64,000 nt of DNA from a virus, in the IMG/VR virus record IMGVR_UViG_3300023313_000005, positions 11,554-75,553 of that record; one strand, 5' to 3'. This document shows positions 56,488 through 64,000 of this stretch, piece by piece (the stretch's first letter is position 1; every line of letters starts with the position of its first letter). Under the pieces are notes generated by a model. That model was not told the DNA's origin and made no database searches. It saw only the letters and a list, made by a program, of their open reading frames with translations. Made by a program: the position numbers and the translations under genes.

Positions 56488-57759
56488 ATGATTTCAAGTA
56501 GAAATATTGGTTTTGTACTAATTGGAGATACCACTCCTTACAATAACGCATCAGCCACCAATCCTGCAGAAGTAGGTGATGGCGAGGTTGTTGTTTTTGA
56601 CCAATGGGGTACAGTAGTTACTACTGGTACCGCAACAGCGGGTCAAAAGTTCCGTGTTGTTCAAGGACGAGGTTCCGGGCTTTCCAATAGGAGTACAGAT
56701 CTAATTGATCCGGCTAACGGTAATTTAGTATCGTTTAATGCTAATAGGCATTACAACGCCGCAGAACAGGTCACAGACCTAGGATATAATGGTTCCACAG
56801 GTTCCATTGATGCCCAAAATTCGACTAGCTATTTGCTAAGAATAAATCTTTTAGAGAAAGACAAAACAGGTTTTGCTCAACAAGAAAAGATATATGGTAA
56901 ATATACTAGTGACTCATCAGCAACTCAGTGGGAAATTGCTCGCGAAATTGCTGCTAATTTGAACGATAACGCACGTAAACGTAAAGAACGTGATGTATCT
57001 GCAACTTGTATTTTTGATAATGCCGCGGCAGTAGATGGTACATCTATAGTCGGTCCTGTAAATTTGGACGAAGTTAATGTAACTCATGGCTCTGATATCA
57101 TAACACAAGGAAGTAATGCATGGACTGCAGCACCTGTGGTGGGTGAAGTACTGTCATTAGATAGTGCTAACAGCGTGGGATATGAAATTGTAGAAGTAAT
57201 TAATTCTACTACAGTACGTGTTCATATGCCTTACCAAGGTGCTACTGCAACTAATCAGATTGCTACTGCACATACAGCGGCCTCTATCGCTGCTGCTGAT
57301 TGTGGCATTAAGCTTACCGGTGTAGCCAGAGGATTCAGTGCTTCTCATCCAGGAAGATGGGCTAAAGTTAGCTTCAATACTCAATTGGAGAACTTCGGTA
57401 ATACTACATTAACATCTACAACCACCCCTACTGAAGGTCAGGGTAATTATCAGCAAGTAGCAAAAGATGAGTATTTCGCTGAAGCTGCGACAGGAAATAA
57501 GTACCGAAAGGACTTCTTGTTTAGTGCTACTACAGATACTGATTTATCAGGAGCTACTTACTACGGATGTTTGGCATTCAAGTGGACCTCTCCTCATGTA
57601 GTATCAGGTATTGGAAACCAACCGGTTTCTTCTAAGCATTGTCACATTTATGTGGGCGATGGTGCAGCAGATTCTGCATGGTCAGAAGCAGGTAATCAAG
57701 GTGCGGATTTGAGAGCAATCTTGAATACAATCTTTGGTACATCCGAGGCATATAACTAA
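56488..57759 (+). CDS. Structural protein, likely auxiliary capsid/decoration protein
   Basis: Position; Ala/Thr/Gly-rich; C-terminal GxGNYxQVAxxE pattern; followed by a terminator. Confidence 0.6.
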   Translation: MISSRNIGFVLIGDTTPYNNASATNPAEVGDGEVVVFDQWGTVVTTGTATAGQKFRVVQGRGSGLSNRSTDLIDPANGNLVSFNANRHYNAAEQVTDLGYNGSTGSIDAQNSTSYLLRINLLEKDKTGFAQQEKIYGKYTSDSSATQWEIAREIAANLNDNARKRKERDVSATCIFDNAAAVDGTSIVGPVNLDEVNVTHGSDIITQGSNAWTAAPVVGEVLSLDSANSVGYEIVEVINSTTVRVHMPYQGATATNQIATAHTAASIAAADCGIKLTGVARGFSASHPGRWAKVSFNTQLENFGNTTLTSTTTPTEGQGNYQQVAKDEYFAEAATGNKYRKDFLFSATTDTDLSGATYYGCLAFKWTSPHVVSGIGNQPVSSKHCHIYVGDGAADSAWSEAGNQGADLRAILNTIFGTSEAYN

Positions 57760-57777
57760 AATAACCTATTTATTAAC

Positions 57778-57805
57778 AAAGAAGGGAGTGAATTCTCCCT
57801 TCTTT
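57778..57805 (+). terminator. Intrinsic terminator
   Basis: AAAGAAGGGAG-TGAATT-CTCCCTTCTTT. Confidence 0.8.
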
Positions 57806-57818
57806 ATACACTATTAAT

Positions 57819-58394
57819 ATGGCGTTTGTACCATTAATTAAATATTGTTTACAAAAAGATAGTAGTGGTAATTATCAGTTACAGGCGGATGATATAACCG
57901 ATGTGTATGATGCCACAGATAACACAACAGGATGGGAAGATGCATCTACATTATTAGCATCTAATCTATCAACCGCTACATTAACTATAACAGATCCTGA
58001 TGGGGTAACTACTGTTATAGATGTATTAAATCAAATACCTGTACCTGTTACTGGTAAAATCGAGTTTTCACCATTAGATTCTTCTAATGGTATTTCTATT
58101 AAAGACGGGTACTATAAAGTATTATACACATTATATGACGGTGCTATAACCTATACTAATTGTGTAGAAAATTATTTTTATCCAGACATTAAATGTTGTA
58201 TTTCAAAATTAGTTAATATGTTGAGGGATGATCCTACTAATAAGACACTAATTGATGATATAACTAAAGTAAAAGCTTGGGAACATGTGTTATGTTCAGC
58301 AGCTAGTACTGTGGATAAAACAACCGCTGACTCTTATATAAAACTATTAACTGATTACTGTGATTATAAAGCATGTAATTGTAAATCTAAATAA
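57819..58394 (+). CDS. Structural protein (tail/fiber hub-like), Cys-rich C-terminus
   Basis: DGYYKVLY motif; position. Confidence 0.55.
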   Translation: MAFVPLIKYCLQKDSSGNYQLQADDITDVYDATDNTTGWEDASTLLASNLSTATLTITDPDGVTTVIDVLNQIPVPVTGKIEFSPLDSSNGISIKDGYYKVLYTLYDGAITYTNCVENYFYPDIKCCISKLVNMLRDDPTNKTLIDDITKVKAWEHVLCSAASTVDKTTADSYIKLLTDYCDYKACNCKSK

Positions 58395-58396
58395 TA

Positions 58397-59389
58397 ATGA
58401 GCTGTAATTGCACAACTAATCCTTGTGGATGTGATTCAGGTGTATCACTACCATATTTAACAGGAGCTACTGGAAATGATGGACAATTTGGTGGGTTTTC
58501 TGCTAGATGGAAATTTGATTCTAGTACCGCAACATCTCCCGCATCAACATATGTAAGACTAAATAATGCCACACCATCGTCTGTAACTCAAATATATATT
58601 AGTGATACTAATTTTGATAATGTAGATCACGATTCGTTTTTAGACAGTTTTAGTAATAGTGGTTCATTTGGTACAATACGTATATGGAAACAATTTGATT
58701 CTAGTAAATTTTGGATGGGTACAGTTACAGCTGTTACAGATAATGGTACAGACCATACTCTTGCTGTAACACATATTCAAAGTAATAGTACATTTACGGC
58801 ATCTGACGCATTAATTATTAGTTTTACTAATAATGGGGCTACAGGAGCAACAGGTGCTACAGGTGCTGCAGGGGCTAATGCAGCTCAAGTAATTGATGTA
58901 GATTTTTCAGGAAGTATTGCTACATCAACAGCAGGTCCTGTAGCTTTAAGTTCATTATCTATACCTGCTAATCAATTAGATACAGACAAAGATTATTTAG
59001 AATTTACAGGATTTGTAACATTAACAGGTAGTGATAATGCCGTAAATTCTATTTATTTATCAATAGGTGATCAAGGAAGAGCTTTGGATGGAGGAGAAAC
59101 ATTCACTTTATATAAAGAAACAGGTGTAAAATCTTTTCATGTTAGAGGTTTAGTAATTAGAGAATCTGCTCTATTAGCACATTGTTTCACAGAAATAACA
59201 GCATGCTATTTTGCAAATGCAGGTATTACATTAAATCCTGTAGATGCCGCTAGTAGTTTGTTTAATCATCAACAAATAGCAATTGATTGGTCACAAATTA
59301 ATTTGTTAGAAATAGGATTAGATAATGTAACTAGCACTAATACAATTACATTACAACATTTTGAAGTTAAACACGTACAAAAAGTATAA
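58397..59389 (+). CDS. Fiber-like structural protein with short collagen-like repeats
   Basis: GATGATGATGAAGA; Cys-rich N-terminus. Confidence 0.6.
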   Translation: MSCNCTTNPCGCDSGVSLPYLTGATGNDGQFGGFSARWKFDSSTATSPASTYVRLNNATPSSVTQIYISDTNFDNVDHDSFLDSFSNSGSFGTIRIWKQFDSSKFWMGTVTAVTDNGTDHTLAVTHIQSNSTFTASDALIISFTNNGATGATGATGAAGANAAQVIDVDFSGSIATSTAGPVALSSLSIPANQLDTDKDYLEFTGFVTLTGSDNAVNSIYLSIGDQGRALDGGETFTLYKETGVKSFHVRGLVIRESALLAHCFTEITACYFANAGITLNPVDAASSLFNHQQIAIDWSQINLLEIGLDNVTSTNTITLQHFEVKHVQKV

Positions 59390-59391
59390 AA

Positions 59392-60249
59392 ATGCCTAGA
59401 CGACTATCAATACAAGAACAAGAAATTTTAGCAGGAGGTGGTACAATATCGCTTTCTACAACAGAGTATGTTGATATATATAGAATATATAGTACAGGAA
59501 CTGTTACATTAACTTCTAATGTTACTATACAAGCGTCAGGTACTCCCGAATTAGGAATGGAATACATATTCCATTATGTGGCTGATTTAGATTATGCAAG
59601 TAATAAATTTACAGTATTTGGTGCAGATATTCCTCCCACTTTACAAGATAAAGAATTATTTATTAGATGTTATTATACAGGGTCTGCATGGGAAGTTGTT
59701 ATTCTTCCTGATTTTGATGGGTCATCATGGATAACAGGAAGCATGATAACAGCATTAACCCTCACATCAGGACTATATGCTGCTCAATCAGTAGACACTG
59801 CTGCACTGAAGGATGCTAATGTTACTTCTGCTAAATTAGCTTCTTCTTCTGTAGGGACTAGTAATATAATCGCAAATGCTGTTACAATAGGTAAATTAGA
59901 AACAAAAGCTAATAAATTTAGTATTACAGTACCCGTATCGTTTGAATCAGGAGAACAGTCGGAAAACAGCATTATAATGCCTTTTGACGGTACTTTAACT
60001 TCAGTAAGATATGTTGTAACAAAAGCTATCGCAGCTACCGATAATGGCACTATAACACCTCTTGTTAACGGTGTTGCAACAACCCCTGCAAATATAACAC
60101 TTACAGCATCTACTGTTATTAATACAACATTAGATACAACAATAACTGCCGGTAATACTTTTACAGCAGGACAAGTGATAAAAATGACTACCGCTAAAAC
60201 AACAGCAGGTGGCAAACTATTATTAACATTATCTTTTACTAGAACGTAA
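59392..60249 (+). CDS. Fiber-like structural protein
   Basis: VTxAKLA shaft-type repeats and a beta-sandwich-like C-terminus. Confidence 0.6.
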   Translation: MPRRLSIQEQEILAGGGTISLSTTEYVDIYRIYSTGTVTLTSNVTIQASGTPELGMEYIFHYVADLDYASNKFTVFGADIPPTLQDKELFIRCYYTGSAWEVVILPDFDGSSWITGSMITALTLTSGLYAAQSVDTAALKDANVTSAKLASSSVGTSNIIANAVTIGKLETKANKFSITVPVSFESGEQSENSIIMPFDGTLTSVRYVVTKAIAATDNGTITPLVNGVATTPANITLTASTVINTTLDTTITAGNTFTAGQVIKMTTAKTTAGGKLLLTLSFTRT

Positions 60250-60491
60250 TGGCGTTAAGTTCTGCAAATTTGTTACAATGGATTGCTCAATGTAGATATT
60301 TGTTTAAAAATTATGCAAGTATTATAGAGGGTAAATATCGGTATGGCATAATTTGTCCAGATGATGAAAAAATACTAAAAGTTATTTCTTGGTATATAGA
60401 AGAAATAGAAGATTATTATGATAACTGTTCCTGTTTAATAGAAGCAGATATATGTGAAATGATTGTTGAAATTCAAAAGCTTACTAATTAA
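60249..60491 (+). CDS. Small structural protein
   Basis: 80-aa coupled ORF. Confidence 0.55.
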   Translation: MALSSANLLQWIAQCRYLFKNYASIIEGKYRYGIICPDDEKILKVISWYIEEIEDYYDNCSCLIEADICEMIVEIQKLTN

Positions 60492-62314
60492 TGGCTAATA
60501 ATTTATTTTTTCCGGCTATACAAAGATATGACACTATTACGAGTAGTGACTGGATTACCTTTTATCCTATTGTGGCAGATAGGAATAAGTATGATGGGGG
60601 TATTGATGGGCTTCCTCGTAAAATAACGATGGGTTCATTATTGACCTTTATAGAGAATAATGCTAATATATCAGCTACTTCCCAATTTGAGGTTAAAGAT
60701 GAGGGTGTATCATTAGGTACTTCTTTTACAAAATTAAACTTTACAGGCCCTTTTGTTAAAGCCAGTGATGCAACAGGAGGTGAGGCTAAGGTAAGTATTC
60801 AAGGTAATTTAATAGCTGATTTAACAGATGTATCTACTAAATCATATCTTAATTTTGCGGATTTATATAACGGTGTTGTTACAGATTGGATTACAAATAA
60901 GCCCGTAGAAACATCAAATGTTAATTGGTATAATAATTTTAAAGCTAGTACATATGGGTTAATATATGATCCAGTTAATGATACATGGCGTGCATCGTTA
61001 TTAAATGAAGTATTAGATTATTTAGCTTATAATGTATATGTTAATGATGGGTACTTAACTGGAGATAGGAAAATAGGGTTAAGTACTTTTGGATTTGAAA
61101 TAACTTCTGCCGCAGTAACAAATACATTTAATGGGTATACCAGTACAGTAGGTGGTGGTAAAATAAAGTTTTATACTCCAGACCATATTAGAGTTAATGG
61201 CTCAATGTTTAATGATACTGCAACAGATTCTCAATTGAACATTGGATTCTACGCAGACGATACTAACTATTTAGCTTCTAGAGTAGATAGATCAATTTAT
61301 ATTGATTTTTATGCTGTAGCGGGAGTAGGTTATTCCGGGGAATCCGCAAGGTTAATAAGAAATACAGGAACTAATGGTAACTTTACATTAATTAATAGCG
61401 TAGGTACGGGATTAATTAGTTTCCAACAAGGTACTGGTGGAACTACAAAATTTAATTTTAATACATCGGGTCAATTACAAGCAACTAAATACGGGGTAGG
61501 TACTTTTACAGGTACTGCAACTTATACACTACAAGTAGATGCATCAGGTAATATTATAGAAGGGGCATTAGGTGCTGCGGATACAAATTTTGCAGCTAAT
61601 GATCTAACATTTAGCGGGGCTAGAACACATGATATAAGCGGTAATAGTTTAATAATTCAAAATGGAGTAGGTGTTAATATATTAGATATTAATATCACTA
61701 GTTCATATTCTTTATTTGGATGGAATGCTTCTAATTGGATTAAGATAAATAGTAATTCTGTGTTACTTGAAGCAGGGGGTGTACAAAGTGTATCATTAAC
61801 ATCTACGGATTTTAGAAGTACGGTACCAATTACATCAGTAAATTCGTATCTCACATTAGAAAATGCGGCAGGTAATAAGGTACGATTACAATCACCCTCT
61901 TCATTTACAACATACACATTAGTATTCCCCACAACAGATGGTACAGAAACTAATCAAGCATTAGTAACGGATGGTGCAGGAACATTGTCATGGAAAGATA
62001 TGGATGGGATGCCTGCGGGTTCTGTAACTACTACCACATACACATTAGTACTAGGGGATAAAGGTACTATGATAGAAGCTAGTAATGCTTCAGCTATTAC
62101 AATAACTGTCCCACCTACATCTTCAGTAGCTTTTCCTACAGGAACAATGATAAGTTTTACGCAAAGATCTGCAGGGCAGTTAACTTTAGCTCCTGGTACA
62201 GGAGTAACATTAAGTAACGCTAATGGTCTTAAAACAGCAAGTCAATATTCTGTAATCAGTCTTTGGAAATCAACAGGTGACACCTGGTATGTATTTGGAG
62301 ACACAACTGTATAA
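60491..62314 (+). CDS. Tail fiber protein
   Basis: Thr/Gly-rich; LVTDGAGTLSW; C-terminal YTLVLGD...TWYVFGD adaptor-like domain. Confidence 0.7.
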   Translation: MANNLFFPAIQRYDTITSSDWITFYPIVADRNKYDGGIDGLPRKITMGSLLTFIENNANISATSQFEVKDEGVSLGTSFTKLNFTGPFVKASDATGGEAKVSIQGNLIADLTDVSTKSYLNFADLYNGVVTDWITNKPVETSNVNWYNNFKASTYGLIYDPVNDTWRASLLNEVLDYLAYNVYVNDGYLTGDRKIGLSTFGFEITSAAVTNTFNGYTSTVGGGKIKFYTPDHIRVNGSMFNDTATDSQLNIGFYADDTNYLASRVDRSIYIDFYAVAGVGYSGESARLIRNTGTNGNFTLINSVGTGLISFQQGTGGTTKFNFNTSGQLQATKYGVGTFTGTATYTLQVDASGNIIEGALGAADTNFAANDLTFSGARTHDISGNSLIIQNGVGVNILDINITSSYSLFGWNASNWIKINSNSVLLEAGGVQSVSLTSTDFRSTVPITSVNSYLTLENAAGNKVRLQSPSSFTTYTLVFPTTDGTETNQALVTDGAGTLSWKDMDGMPAGSVTTTTYTLVLGDKGTMIEASNASAITITVPPTSSVAFPTGTMISFTQRSAGQLTLAPGTGVTLSNANGLKTASQYSVISLWKSTGDTWYVFGDTTV

Positions 62315-62317
62315 GAT

Positions 62318-63169
62318 ATGATATTTGGAGGACTAACAGCAAAACCTGCAGGAACAGCATCTTTGGATATAGACTTATACAGTTCTCCAATAATTGCTGT
62401 ATCATTAAGGAAGATATCATCTAGTTATTCAGGTAATTGTATTAGAGTAAGAAGAGATTCCGATAACACATCTCAAGATATAGGATTTACAGGAGGATTA
62501 GGTACATGGGTAGATGACGCTGCTATATCAAGTTTTATAGGTGCAGGTACGGGATACATTGAGGGATGGTATGACCAATCAGGAAATGGTTATGATTTAC
62601 AACAAAGTACACTTAGTTACCAACCAAAGTTAGTAGCCGATGTATTTGGTGTATCTGGGGGTAGTGCTAATTGCATACAATTTGATGCGACTAGTTGGAA
62701 TTTGTTTGTAGATGGTACAACTAATGTATTTTTTGCATCCGCTAATTTAACAATGTTAATCGCATATAGGTTAACTACATCAGGATTTGACGCAATGTTT
62801 TCTTGTAATGGAGCTGCTGCTACTACTCAAAATTATTTAAAATATTTAAGATATTCTACAGCAGGTAGGTTTTATACAAACGTATATAATAATACTTTAT
62901 CTGGATCCGCTCCTACAAAAGAAGAACATGTCGTATTACAGTATAATGGTAGCACTAATAGTGTAACTATAGATGATGGTACTACAGATTCATTATCGGC
63001 ATCAGGTGTTGTTTCAAAACGTTATTTTGTTTTAGGAGCAGGCGGAAGTACAGGTAGTTATGCGTGGGGAGGAGAGATAGCGGAATTTATATGGTTTGAT
63101 GCTAGCTTGACTAATTCTGAAATAAATACAATGAGAGATGATCAAAACGCAACATATACCTTATATTAA
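62318..63169 (+). CDS. Receptor-binding lectin-like (ConA/LamG-type) protein
   Basis: SLRK...IRVRRDSD...DIGF, WYDQSGNG and GEIAEFI. Confidence 0.65.
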   Translation: MIFGGLTAKPAGTASLDIDLYSSPIIAVSLRKISSSYSGNCIRVRRDSDNTSQDIGFTGGLGTWVDDAAISSFIGAGTGYIEGWYDQSGNGYDLQQSTLSYQPKLVADVFGVSGGSANCIQFDATSWNLFVDGTTNVFFASANLTMLIAYRLTTSGFDAMFSCNGAAATTQNYLKYLRYSTAGRFYTNVYNNTLSGSAPTKEEHVVLQYNGSTNSVTIDDGTTDSLSASGVVSKRYFVLGAGGSTGSYAWGGEIAEFIWFDASLTNSEINTMRDDQNATYTLY

Positions 63170-63462
63170 TGAAAGTATTAATATCAAATATAAAAGAAGA
63201 TTTAGAAGCAATTAATAATATTATATCTATCACAGCAGGATTAGATACTTCTTTATATTCAGCAGGTGCTGTTAATAAAAAAGTAACTAGTGATGTATAT
63301 TGGTATAATATAGAATCGGTATTAAATTGTTCAAAAAAACAAGAACTAATAACAATTGTTGAAGCAAATATGGATCCATCTAATTTACCATCATCAGTAT
63401 CTATTGTAGATGTTGGTGATTTAGAATTAGAAGGTTATGTAGAAGGATATTCAATTAACTAA
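63169..63462 (+). CDS. Hypothetical protein
   Basis: 97-aa coupled ORF. Confidence 0.55.
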   Translation: MKVLISNIKEDLEAINNIISITAGLDTSLYSAGAVNKKVTSDVYWYNIESVLNCSKKQELITIVEANMDPSNLPSSVSIVDVGDLELEGYVEGYSIN

Positions 63463-63479
63463 TTATAAACCAATAAACA

Positions 63480-63731
63480 ATGGTATCTAAGATGATAACA
63501 AGCGATACATCAGTAATAGCCACATTATGTGTAGCATTCGGGGCTAATTTAATAGAAATGTTAAGTAATATAGAATTAAGTACTTGGTTTACTACAGGTA
63601 CTTTTATATTGGCTGTTATTGTGGGTCTATTAAAAGCTAGGGTGTATTATATAGACTGTCAAATTAAACAATTACAATATAAACACATGTTAGAAGATGA
63701 CGAGAAAACTGACACATCTCCAGAGAAGTAG
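63480..63731 (+). CDS. Holin-like membrane protein
   Basis: Two hydrophobic segments and a charged tail, located after the fiber genes. Confidence 0.45.
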   Translation: MVSKMITSDTSVIATLCVAFGANLIEMLSNIELSTWFTTGTFILAVIVGLLKARVYYIDCQIKQLQYKHMLEDDEKTDTSPEK

Positions 63732-63993
63732 ATTAAAGGTTACTGTAGTAGCTAGTATATTTATATATCTACAAACATTTTTCCCAATGTATGTAATAGT
63801 AAGTGCTTCACATTTAGAAGTATTTGAACTAGCTTCAGCATGGGGAGCATGGGCGTCTGCTATATCAGGGGTAGGAGTGTTAATAGGGTATTATGTAAAT
63901 AAAGATACACAAAGACCTTCTTTTGTAAATAATACAATTATAGGAATGCCTAATAATGAGGATCATGATGATCCTGAAGATATACCATTATGA
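63697..63993 (+). CDS. Two-TM membrane protein (holin-like)
   Basis: Two hydrophobic helices. Confidence 0.45.
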   Translation: MTRKLTHLQRSRLKVTVVASIFIYLQTFFPMYVIVSASHLEVFELASAWGAWASAISGVGVLIGYYVNKDTQRPSFVNNTIIGMPNNEDHDDPEDIPL

Positions 63994-64000
63994 ATATATA

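Noticed and set aside
4782-61932. Antisense ORFs inside large genes (e.g. 4782-5228, 45154-45555, 59784-60215)
   Set aside because: They lie opposite well-supported genes and have no motifs or initiation context.
1-64000. Stop-codon reassignment as seen in some crAss-like phages
   Set aside because: Core genes are intact under code 11; TAA, TGA and TAG all end genes; the only tRNA found is Leu(UAA), not a suppressor.

Overview
This is a 64-kb piece of an AT-rich crAss-like (Crassvirales-type) phage genome. It uses the standard genetic code and probably infects a Bacteroidota host, since several TTTG-N20-TAnnTTTG promoter matches are present. Layout: (1) the 3' part of a giant virion protein gene on + (2-3253). 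(2) A long minus-strand arm (3.3-39.8 kb) with nucleotide metabolism and replication genes (MazG, ribonucleotide reductase, exonuclease, primase, DnaB, PolB), a phiEco32-type amidoligase/GATase/ATP-grasp/GGCT cluster, an accessory region and tRNA-Leu(UAA). (3) After divergent promoters near 39.9 kb, a plus-strand arm with HU/IHF-like protein, GroES/GroEL, terminase (carrying a class 3-type LAGLIDADG intein), portal, major capsid protein and head/tail genes. The most unusual feature is a module present twice in the accessory region. Each copy has a ~260-aa CxC(T)-RQGDV-LTAQS protein and a small His-motif protein, then a hairpin, then a long translationally coupled array of short paralogous peptide genes. 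Array A has 18 Gly/Tyr-rich 'MID...IL' peptides (23.4-27.5 kb). Array B has 9 'M[KRTN]L[IV]...YEL' peptides of 46-51 aa (32.6-33.9 kb), almost all missed by the ORF track. Family names come from motif recognition only; no database searches were run.
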